This document shows, piece after piece, positions 53,724 to 62,240 of a stretch of DNA of 64,000 bases. The notes under the pieces were generated by a model. It had not been told where the DNA came from, made no database searches, and worked only from the letters and a program-made list of their open reading frames with translations. The position numbers were made by a program, and so were the translations under genes. Location: NCBI GenBank assembly GCA_964646215.1, contig CAZYAY010000006.1, forward strand, positions 2,747-66,746. Direction: 5' to 3'. How positions within the stretch are numbered: position 1 is the stretch's first letter; each line of letters begins with the position of its first letter. This DNA is from an uncultured Candidatus Kuenenia sp. (GTDB taxonomy: Bacteria > Planctomycetota > Planctomycetia > Gemmatales > Gemmataceae).

Positions 53724-55033
53724 TTTCAGATGAACAGTTAAATCAATTTGTTAATAAACTTCAGGAAAAACAATCCAGAATAATGGTTATTGGCCTTGGT
53801 TACACAGGGCTCCCTCTTGCAGAGTGTATAACCATGGCTGGATTTGAAGTTGTTGGTTACGATACAAACACTATTAAAGTTGAAATGTTAATTCGTGGCG
53901 AAAGTTACCTGGAAACGATTTCCGCATCCAAAGTTAAAGAATTATTTAAGACGGGTAGATTTTCCGTAACATCTGATATCAGTTGTAGCAACCCGTGTGA
54001 TGTTTATTGGGTCTGTGTTCCAACTCCTCTGTTAAATGGTGCTCCTGCACTTGATCATTTTTATGATGCAATTACATCGATAAGAAAGGTTTCTAAAAAT
54101 CCATTCTTAGTTATCGCATCCAGCACCTCATTTCCCGGTACAACGCGGACTATCGGGCTTAGTATTTTGGGAAAAGAGGATGAAGCAGACTTTTTTCTTG
54201 TTTTTAGTGCGGAAAGAGAAGATCCAGGTAACACTAAATTTACGACAAAAACCCTGCCAAGAGTTTTTGGGGCTCTTGATATTAATTCTTCCAAAGTTGC
54301 CTTGGTTTTATTCAAGCACTTGTTTGATGAAGTTCATGAGGCGAGTTCAATTGAAGCAGCGGAAGCATCGAAGTTGTTGGAAAATGTTTATCGTGCAGTA
54401 AATATTGCGTTAGCCAATGAGTGGGGGGAGATCTGTACCGGCTTAAATCTTGATGTATGGGAAGTAATCAAACTTGCATCCAGCAAACCCTTTGGTTTTC
54501 AGGCATTCTACCCCGGGCCGGGCGTTGGGGGGCATTGTATTCCTGTAGACCCTTATTACCTTTTATCTAAGTTGAAAAGTGTTGGGACAACTGCGGGACT
54601 TATTAATCTTGCCTGCGACCTAAACAAAAAAAGACCGCACCTTATAGTTAAGAAAATTGAAGCATTTTTGAAAAACAAATTGAAGGCAATCGACGGATCA
54701 AATTTGTTGTTGATTGGGATGGGTTATAAAAAAAATATAGGTGATTTGCGTGAATCTCCTGCGGTTGATGTTTTTAATTTGCTTAGGCATCATGGTAGCA
54801 ATGTCAAATGGCATGACCCTTTGGTGGAGAAAAATGCTTCCATATTTGAAGTTCAAAGAGAGTTGATTTTAACCCCGCAGTTTTTGAGATCCCAAGATCT
54901 TTGCATAATTCTTGCAGATCACGATTTGGTTAATTGGGACATGATTCTAAAATATTCAGATTTTTTATTAGATACTAAAAATAAGTTAAGTAAATGTGAT
55001 GGCCCGATGAATCAAAAGATAATACGTCTTTAA
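53720..55033 (+). CDS. Nucleotide-sugar dehydrogenase (UDP-glucose / UDP-ManNAc dehydrogenase family)
   Basis: Rossmann segment IMVIGLGYTGLPLA and catalytic Cys motif GPGVGGHCIPVDP. ATGA overlap with ymdB. Confidence 0.88.
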   Translation: MISDEQLNQFVNKLQEKQSRIMVIGLGYTGLPLAECITMAGFEVVGYDTNTIKVEMLIRGESYLETISASKVKELFKTGRFSVTSDISCSNPCDVYWVCVPTPLLNGAPALDHFYDAITSIRKVSKNPFLVIASSTSFPGTTRTIGLSILGKEDEADFFLVFSAEREDPGNTKFTTKTLPRVFGALDINSSKVALVLFKHLFDEVHEASSIEAAEASKLLENVYRAVNIALANEWGEICTGLNLDVWEVIKLASSKPFGFQAFYPGPGVGGHCIPVDPYYLLSKLKSVGTTAGLINLACDLNKKRPHLIVKKIEAFLKNKLKAIDGSNLLLIGMGYKKNIGDLRESPAVDVFNLLRHHGSNVKWHDPLVEKNASIFEVQRELILTPQFLRSQDLCIILADHDLVNWDMILKYSDFLLDTKNKLSKCDGPMNQKIIRL

Positions 55034-55036
55034 ATG

Positions 55037-58000
55037 TTATGCAGACAGCCTTAATGGTTGGCCGAAATTTTCTTTTAAGTTCATTTTAATAAAGTTGCCG
55101 TAACTCGATTCCCATCCTTCATATTTTTGTAATTCTTCCGCTGTTTTTATCAACCAATCGTTGAGCGTTACTGATTGTGTTTCTGCTGCAATCTCTTCCA
55201 CAAAGCGTATGTATTCATTACAACTATCATCCGAGGAAAATTTGTAGAATTGTTTTTCATCAGGTTTTGGCAACCATTGCAAAACTTCCTTTGCCAGGTT
55301 TTTAATATCGGTACTAAAGTTATGCCCTTCGTTTGACTGATTTGAAATCAGCCAAGATGGGCAACCCGTTCCGGTCCATTTAATAAAACCTTCTTTTGTA
55401 AAAATCAGGGATGATTGGTGGATTACTCCGTAAACCAAACCAGCACCATGAATCGAAGCTAATCCCGAGATTGATTGTAAAACAAGATTTAGCCATACAT
55501 CTGGTGTTTGGTGGACTGAAGTCCATTCCGATTGACCTACGCCTTCTGTAAACTCAATTAATGCTGCGGGCCTACCCTGTATCTCTAGTACCTCATAAGT
55601 GGAGGCAACATTTTCATGATTGAGGTTGATTGCTGCACCAAATCGTTGCCTGAATTCGTCTGGATGATAAGGATCTGAAAGTTCCGATTCTGAAAGATGC
55701 CTGAGAACGCATTCGGCTTTTTTTGCGGGATCAAAAACCTGGAAAACAAATTCCTTGCTTGTTGAAGGAAGTTTATCGATTACACGAAAACGGTCGATCA
55801 TCAAGCCATTTATGTTGCCAGCTTCGATAAGTGCCATTTGGTAAAAAGTTAAATAACCACCATTAAGCAAGGCCTGCCTGAGTGATTTTCTTGATTTTTT
55901 TGCATCGGTCATAAGCGTAAAAAGTGTATCAGATTCAACCAAACCCAAAGATACAAGTTGATTACCTAATTTTTTATCTGTAGGTTCAATTGAGTTAGGT
56001 GTCAACTGGCTAAGAAGGTGATGGTTTACACTAGGGAAACCAACTGCATCGTCTAAATAACCAGTCGCCATTGAAGTTGTAAGTGTTCCAGATAAATCTT
56101 TGATTTTATTGCGATACCATGCGCGCATATCATCCAGATGGCGATGAACTTCCTTTGTTTGTGCAAGCACTTCTCCCTCTTTTTCACGAAGATTGTGCTC
56201 TTTTTTAGATAAATTTTCCGTGTGCTGTTGCAGGATCTGTGCTTGAGTTTCAAATTTCGCCTGCTTTCTTTCCAGCTCAGATTCGCCTGTCTGCAATGCA
56301 AGTTTTATACCAATTAAATTGTGTTGCCATTCGATGAGTTGTTGCTTGAAAGAAGCAATTGAAAGGCGGTGTTCTTCTCTCGCCTTGATTATTTTGTTTT
56401 CGGTGTCGAGGGAGTAATTTTGTTGATCGCGGGATTCTTTAAGCAACAACTCGAGTTCTTCTCTGGCAATCTTAGCGTACTCATGAAATTCCCTGAGATG
56501 TTCTTGCAATAAATTCCTGGCTCCTAAAAGCCTGGTAAGGCAATTTTCAGCACCTGCGATCAGGTCTGGGATATTTTCGCTTATGCTGCTGATTTCATTT
56601 TTAAAATCAATTTTCTGAGCCAAATTACGGTTTTCAATTTCCAGATTCGCCAATTGAATTTCTTCAATGGCTGATTTTTCTTCCTCAAGTCTTTGAAGTG
56701 CTTCGAATATTTCTTTTTTAATTAATTCATGACCGTGATTTTCAGTTTCCATTCTGAATTTCACAGAGTCCATATCTGTTGATTTTTTGAGTAATTCTTG
56801 TTTGGATTTTTCAAATTCGTCCCTTGCTGCGGTTAGTTGCATTACAAGGCTGCCATGCTCGTTTTCCATTTCTTCATTTCTAGCTTGAAGTGAAATAATC
56901 TGTGTCGAAAGGATGGCATCTTTTTCGTTTAGGGTATTTTCTTTTAATTGGATATCCTCAATTCGCTTTCGAAGGATTTCTTGCATTTGTGCAAGATTTT
57001 TTTCAGTTGAATCAGCTTGTTTAACCTTGTTATCCTGATGATTTTGAAATTCTTCAATTTCTTTCCTGGATTCTTCAAGTAATTTTCTATTTGCTTCAAT
57101 CTCATTTTCACGAATTGCAAATGTGTTTTCCACATTTTGTAATCGATGTTCTCTTTGTTCAATTTCAAGAATACGAGCGTCCAAATAATTCCTGCTGTTT
57201 TTAAGTTCATCTTTTTCTTGATTAAGGAGTTCAAATCCTGAAGATAGCAAAAACTCTTTTTCCATCAATTCTGATTTTAAAGTTTCGGAATTTTCATGTT
57301 TGGCAAGCAACTCCGCTTCCAAATTTCGCATTGTTACGATCTTTTTTTCTATTGTGGATTCTTTTTCCTCCAGACGGGATTTGACATTCTCAAGATAAAG
57401 TTTTAACTGAAATATCTCATCAATCTGCTGATTGATCTCAGCAGATTGTTTAAGAATATTTTCGTTTTCTTGTTTTTTAACAAGGCATTCTTCTTCAAAT
57501 AATTTTCGATCTTCCTTTAGTTTGCCATACAAAATATCAATTTCTAGGGCCTGTGCTTCAAGCTCTCTACTGGTTTTTTCTAAATCCTCACTTCTACAAT
57601 CCACTTCACGAGCACGTTCGTGCAAATTTCTTGTTTTTTTGTCCAACAATTCTTGAAGATCAGTTATGGTTTTTAAATCGGTATTACTTGATGATTGTTG
57701 CTTTGAATCAGCTTGTTTTTCAGTTTCTGTAATGTTTTTAAGTTCTTCTAATTCTTTTCTAAGACGGTTTATTTCTTCAGAGTAGGTTTTGTTTTGAATT
57801 ATTTGAAGGTTCAATTGATCGTCTGTGGACGATTTTTCAGATTGAAGTTTGTTTTGTTTTGAAAGGAACTCTGTTTCGCGGTCAGTAATTAGTTGTTTGT
57901 TTTCCAATAAAGAATTCAATTCGATTTTCAATAAATGATTGTTATTTTTTAGTTTCTTTATTAAGCGTGATAAAAACCTTTTACTTTTAGATTTGGTTTT

Positions 58001-58414
58001 TACATTACTACCAACCGTTAACTGATCTTTGATATAAGGCTTTATAATTTCTTTTGAGATCGTTGATGTCAATGAATCCGGGATGATAAATGAGAACTCA
58101 TAGTTTCCAATCGTTAATTTATCATTTGATTTTAGTATGGATTCTTGAAATGTAGTTCCATTTAAAGTCAGTCCAGAGAGTGGAGTAATGGAACGAACAC
58201 AAAGGCCTATTGGTTTTATATGATTCACCTGAAACAAAAGCGCCGGTAGGTCAAGTCCTGCCAACCTAAGTTCGCATCCTGCTACAGTGCCTACAAGAAA
58301 AGTACCATGGATTGGGAAAGATTGAATTTGTTTGTTAAGGCATGAAAAAACCATGGTTGCACCGGATGCAACTTCTTGGTCTTCAGGAATGAAAGGTAAT
58401 TCATCTTCTTTCAT
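55037..58414 (-). CDS. Giant (1125 aa) degenerate-FHA / long coiled-coil / pseudokinase protein
   Basis: aa 1-112 have FHA-like topology (FLVGTVAGCELRL...LTLNGTTFQESILKSNDKLTIGNYEFSF). aa ~150-790 are heptad-rich E/K/Q/L sequence. The C-terminal 250 aa align to a Hanks kinase scaffold (NLNHENVASTYEV...ALIEFTEGV...LASIHGAGLVYGVIHQSSLIF...IKWTGTG) but lack the catalytic residues. Confidence 0.7.
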   Translation of the reverse strand: MKEDELPFIPEDQEVASGATMVFSCLNKQIQSFPIHGTFLVGTVAGCELRLAGLDLPALLFQVNHIKPIGLCVRSITPLSGLTLNGTTFQESILKSNDKLTIGNYEFSFIIPDSLTSTISKEIIKPYIKDQLTVGSNVKTKSKSKRFLSRLIKKLKNNNHLLKIELNSLLENKQLITDRETEFLSKQNKLQSEKSSTDDQLNLQIIQNKTYSEEINRLRKELEELKNITETEKQADSKQQSSSNTDLKTITDLQELLDKKTRNLHERAREVDCRSEDLEKTSRELEAQALEIDILYGKLKEDRKLFEEECLVKKQENENILKQSAEINQQIDEIFQLKLYLENVKSRLEEKESTIEKKIVTMRNLEAELLAKHENSETLKSELMEKEFLLSSGFELLNQEKDELKNSRNYLDARILEIEQREHRLQNVENTFAIRENEIEANRKLLEESRKEIEEFQNHQDNKVKQADSTEKNLAQMQEILRKRIEDIQLKENTLNEKDAILSTQIISLQARNEEMENEHGSLVMQLTAARDEFEKSKQELLKKSTDMDSVKFRMETENHGHELIKKEIFEALQRLEEEKSAIEEIQLANLEIENRNLAQKIDFKNEISSISENIPDLIAGAENCLTRLLGARNLLQEHLREFHEYAKIAREELELLLKESRDQQNYSLDTENKIIKAREEHRLSIASFKQQLIEWQHNLIGIKLALQTGESELERKQAKFETQAQILQQHTENLSKKEHNLREKEGEVLAQTKEVHRHLDDMRAWYRNKIKDLSGTLTTSMATGYLDDAVGFPSVNHHLLSQLTPNSIEPTDKKLGNQLVSLGLVESDTLFTLMTDAKKSRKSLRQALLNGGYLTFYQMALIEAGNINGLMIDRFRVIDKLPSTSKEFVFQVFDPAKKAECVLRHLSESELSDPYHPDEFRQRFGAAINLNHENVASTYEVLEIQGRPAALIEFTEGVGQSEWTSVHQTPDVWLNLVLQSISGLASIHGAGLVYGVIHQSSLIFTKEGFIKWTGTGCPSWLISNQSNEGHNFSTDIKNLAKEVLQWLPKPDEKQFYKFSSDDSCNEYIRFVEEIAAETQSVTLNDWLIKTAEELQKYEGWESSYGNFIKMNLKENFGQPLRLSA

Positions 58415-58535
58415 ACCAATGGTTTAAAAAAAACGCCCGAAAGTGTATAGTCCAATATTTTGACTTGGTTTTTAATAGCAAAAGGAACAAGACTAACGGT
58501 CCACCCAAATACCCCAGGCGCCCTGTTTTTAAATA

Positions 58536-60422
58536 TTAGGTTCGGCCGAACTGGTTTTCCAGGTCGCTCTTGCTTATCAATAAGGAAGTTGGTCTTCCAT
58601 GTGGGCAATGATAATGCGATTTGGATAAGTGGCGCATTTTGGCTAAAAGAGACATTTCTATACCGTTAAGAATATCGCCTGATCGTACAGCGGAATGGCA
58701 CGCGGTAAGGCTTAAAATATGATGAAAAAAAGCATCTTTACTTGGGATCTCATCTTTAGCAAAAAGTTGTTCGATAACTTTATTAAAAAGAGATTTTGGT
58801 GATTTTCTTCCAAGCAATGCGGGGTAACTCTCAACGAGGATCGTATTTCCACCAAATCCTCGTATTTCAAATCCTAGTTGCTTTAAGTCTTCTTGTCTTG
58901 ATAAAACCATTTCGGATTGAAAAGCTGCAAGCTCAATGGTTTCAGGAATTAATAGTTTTTGGGCAGGCACCGACCCAGATGTAAGCTTGGTTTTTAATTG
59001 CTCGTATAAAATCCTCTCATGAAGTGCATGTTGATCAATAATCAGAACACCTTCTTCAGTTTCAATCAATATATACGAATTGTAAACTTGTAAAACCTTG
59101 ATGTTTTCTCCGGTTTCCAATGAAGGGGTGATTGGATTTGGAGAAGAAGTTTTTTCTGAATAAACATAATTAGGAGTTTGTGCGGGGTTAACGGCGGGGA
59201 AAGGGTTTTGAGGTTGGATCTGTAGCTCGCCTGACGCTTTCTTGTCAAGAAAGGGAAGTGATGGGGCAGGTGAAGGACCAGACTCAAGAGCCCAAGCATC
59301 GGGAGTACTGTGTTTTGAGGGGATCGTAATTGTAAAGTCAGGTAAACCAATGTCCGTCTGGTTTTTTCTTGTGATAGGTGCTTCGTCTTGAAGTTGAAAG
59401 ACAGCGCCTTTATTTTTATCAAGAAGAACATTTCTTACAGCATTAAATACAAGATGGTGGATGGCACCTGGATCTCGGAACCGAACTTCCGCTTTGGTTG
59501 GATGAATATTGACATCTACTTTTTCCAGGTCTGAATCAAAAAAAAGAAATGCCACAGGAAATCTTCCCGTCATCATATGGCCGCGAAAACCTTCCAGGAT
59601 GGCATGGGAAATTGTTCTATCTCTGAACCATCTACCATTGATAAATAAATATTGTGATTTGGCACTGCTTTTATCAATATTTGGTGATCCAACAAAACCT
59701 TTGATTTTAAAATCGCGGTGATTTGACTCGATGTAAAGCAAATCACTGGTAATATCTTTTCCGAATAAAATGCTGATTGTTTCTTTAAGGCTGGCACCTT
59801 GTGACGCTTGTAAAACTTGTTTTCCATTGTTTTTGTAAGACCATTGAACTTCGCAGCTATCAAGGTTGTTTTTAAAAGAAGAAAGAATCATTTTGGTGAT
59901 GGTTTCAGTGATTTGAGCTGTTTCAGCGGGCGGAGCCTTTAGGAATTTCCTCCTTACAGGTGTGTTGTAAAATAGATGCTTGATTTCAATCCTAGTTCCT
60001 GGTGAACCATTCCAAGGCTTTGCAGGATGAAGTAATCCGCCCTCACAAAAAATTTCCGCTCCTTGGTCAAGGTCGGGTGGACAAGATTGAAGCAATAATT
60101 TTGAAACGCTTGCAATCGAACCTAAAGCCTCTCCTCTAAAGCCGAGGGTGGAAATCCTGAACAGATCTTCTGATGACTTAAGTTTACTCGTCGCGTGGCT
60201 TGTAAGAGCTAGTTGAAGTTGTTCTGGATAAATTCCACAACCATCATCAACAACCCTGATTAAATCGTGCCCCCCCTGCTCGATCTCGATATCAATCCTC
60301 TTGGAATGAGCATCCAGGGAATTTTCAACAAGTTCTTTGACAATACTTGCAGGGCGTTCAATAATTTCGCCCGCAGCAATTTGGCTGATCACTTCGGGGG
60401 GCAGGAGTTTGATAATTGCCAT
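58536..60422 (-). CDS. mutL: DNA mismatch repair protein MutL
   Basis: GHKL ATPase N-terminus: IAAGEIIERPASIVKELVENSLDA, DDGCGI, TLGFRGEAL. The C-terminal dimerisation/endonuclease region has IIDQHALHERILYEQL and CPHGRP. Confidence 0.95.
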   Translation of the reverse strand: MAIIKLLPPEVISQIAAGEIIERPASIVKELVENSLDAHSKRIDIEIEQGGHDLIRVVDDGCGIYPEQLQLALTSHATSKLKSSEDLFRISTLGFRGEALGSIASVSKLLLQSCPPDLDQGAEIFCEGGLLHPAKPWNGSPGTRIEIKHLFYNTPVRRKFLKAPPAETAQITETITKMILSSFKNNLDSCEVQWSYKNNGKQVLQASQGASLKETISILFGKDITSDLLYIESNHRDFKIKGFVGSPNIDKSSAKSQYLFINGRWFRDRTISHAILEGFRGHMMTGRFPVAFLFFDSDLEKVDVNIHPTKAEVRFRDPGAIHHLVFNAVRNVLLDKNKGAVFQLQDEAPITRKNQTDIGLPDFTITIPSKHSTPDAWALESGPSPAPSLPFLDKKASGELQIQPQNPFPAVNPAQTPNYVYSEKTSSPNPITPSLETGENIKVLQVYNSYILIETEEGVLIIDQHALHERILYEQLKTKLTSGSVPAQKLLIPETIELAAFQSEMVLSRQEDLKQLGFEIRGFGGNTILVESYPALLGRKSPKSLFNKVIEQLFAKDEIPSKDAFFHHILSLTACHSAVRSGDILNGIEMSLLAKMRHLSKSHYHCPHGRPTSLLISKSDLENQFGRT

Positions 60423-60452
60423 TAAAACTTCCGTGTTAATTAATCTTGGATA

Positions 60453-62036
60453 TTAAAGTTCGTCCGGGCTATCCAGTTCGCGAGTAGGTAAATCATCCTC
60501 TGAATCAGGGGTCAGGGCAAGTTTTTTTAGCTTGCGTTGAAGGGAATCAGATTTCATCCCAAGAGATTTGGCGGCTTTACTCATGTCGTTGGAGTTTTCA
60601 GATAGGGCTTTTTTAATCTTATCCTGCAACTTCCAATCTTGTATAACTCTATAAAGTGTTCGCTCTCCAATGCCAAGCATGCGGGATGCTTCTTCCCTGT
60701 TGCCATTAGTTAATGAAAGAGCTTGCTCAATAAAAAAGCGTTCCACCTCAGAAAGTGGCCTGCCGATTAAATGAGAAGCTTGTGGCGACTGGCCCGAAAG
60801 AGGTTGAATACGGTTTAAAATATTTCCTTCTTGGACATCATCTACATTTAGGATGCCGTCAACATCAAGAACCACCATGCTTTCGATAAAGTTTCGCATT
60901 TCCCTGACATTTCCAGGCCAGTCATAAAGTGTCATAGCTTTACGAACCGGCTCCGCAATGGTCATGGCATGTTTTGCATGAAGTTGGTTGAATTCCTTAA
61001 GAAAATGGGAAGCTAGCAGCGGTATATCTTCTCTTCTTTCTCGAAGTTGGGGCAAACGAATTTTTAAGCGGTTGAGCCTGAAAAACAAATCTTGCCTGAA
61101 GGTTCCCTCAGTTACCGCAGCTTCAAGATCTCGGTGGGTTGCAGAAACCACTCTTACATTAACTTTTAAAGGTTCATTGCTTCCAATTCTAAACACTTCA
61201 CTATTTTCCAAAACACGCAATAATTTTGCCTGTAGACTCATAGGCATGTCGCCTACTTCGTCAAGAAAAAGGGTACCACCATTTGCATATTCAAATCGAC
61301 CTTTTCGCATTCTTTCTGCGCCAGTAAATGCCCCGGGTTCATGGCCAAAAAGTTCATCATCAAGCAGGTTTTCATTTAAAGCAGTACAATTCATCGCGAC
61401 AAATGGTTTGTTTTTGCGAGGGCTGTTATTGTGGATCGCCTTGGCAACCAATTCCTTGCCCGTACCGGTTTCGCCTTGAATTAATACCGTGGCATTGGTT
61501 GGGGCTATGCTTTGCAGTTTCACGACAACATCGTGCATTTTTGAACTGTTGCCCAAAACGCCCTCAAAACCAAATTTTTCATCAAGCTGGCGTTTAAGGT
61601 CGCGATTAGTGCGAGCAAGCCTTAGTTTCTCAGATGATTTTTCAACAATGGTGCGGAGTTCAATCATGTCTAAAGGCTTGGTAAGATAATTGGATGCGCC
61701 CTGTTTGATCGCCTCGACCGCAGTTTTTATATCCGCATGACCCGTGATAACTATAACTTCAACTTCGGGTAACTCTTCCTTGGCTTTACGAACAATGGCA
61801 AGGCCATCAACATCTGCCATGCGTAAATCGGTAAGAACAACATCAAAGGTCTCGTTTTCAATTTTTTTTGCACCATCTTTACCATTGCATACCACGGTGC
61901 ACTCAAAACCGACCCTTTCGAGACTTTCTGAAACGACCTCAGCATGTGGTTTTTCATCATCAATAATTAAAACGCGAATTCCTTCCCCGGATTTTCGATT
62001 TAAAATATGATTTGATTTATCTGAATCCATAGCCAT
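60453..62036 (-). CDS. Sigma-54-dependent response regulator (NtrC family: REC-AAA+-HTH) with an extra C-terminal HTH-like segment
   Basis: REC domain (LIIDDE, VLTDLRMADVDG). AAA+ domain with GETGTGKE, GAFTGA (the sigma-54 contact loop) and FLDEVGDM. Fis-type HTH (ASRMLGIGERTLYRVI). ATG 62036 follows AGGG; the ORF track GTG is at 62042. Confidence 0.9.
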   Translation of the reverse strand: MAMDSDKSNHILNRKSGEGIRVLIIDDEKPHAEVVSESLERVGFECTVVCNGKDGAKKIENETFDVVLTDLRMADVDGLAIVRKAKEELPEVEVIVITGHADIKTAVEAIKQGASNYLTKPLDMIELRTIVEKSSEKLRLARTNRDLKRQLDEKFGFEGVLGNSSKMHDVVVKLQSIAPTNATVLIQGETGTGKELVAKAIHNNSPRKNKPFVAMNCTALNENLLDDELFGHEPGAFTGAERMRKGRFEYANGGTLFLDEVGDMPMSLQAKLLRVLENSEVFRIGSNEPLKVNVRVVSATHRDLEAAVTEGTFRQDLFFRLNRLKIRLPQLRERREDIPLLASHFLKEFNQLHAKHAMTIAEPVRKAMTLYDWPGNVREMRNFIESMVVLDVDGILNVDDVQEGNILNRIQPLSGQSPQASHLIGRPLSEVERFFIEQALSLTNGNREEASRMLGIGERTLYRVIQDWKLQDKIKKALSENSNDMSKAAKSLGMKSDSLQRKLKKLALTPDSEDDLPTRELDSPDEL

Positions 62037-62179
62037 TATCACCCTACTTTCGCAACAAATTAATTAAAGCTTATTGTATAGTTTAGCCAAATTAATTGCC
62101 TAGTCTCTGTTTGTTTCTTATTTTCCCGTTAAAGAACGCATGATCGTAATACCGATAAAAGAAGTAAGATTCCGGTGAT

Positions 62180-62196
62180 TTGGCAAAGTTGTGTGC
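62180..62196 (+). promoter_or_regulatory. Sigma-54 (-24/-12)-like element with non-canonical spacing: TGGCA-N8-TGCA
   Basis: TGGCAAAGTTGTGTGCA has GG at 62181-62182 and GC at 62194-62195, so GG-N11-GC against the canonical GG-N10-GC. It lies about 45 nt upstream of ATG 62241 and faces away from the adjacent sigma-54 activator gene. Confidence 0.25.
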
Positions 62197-62240
62197 AAAT
62201 AGGTTGTTCGTTAAAGTTGGGGTACTTTTTAGGTAAAAAG

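Noticed and set aside
60988-61479. 163-aa plus-strand ORF, with neighbouring 66-89-aa ORFs, opposite the sigma-54 activator gene
   Set aside because: They are antisense to the AAA+ domain, which carries the GAFTGA and Walker motifs, and have no independent support.
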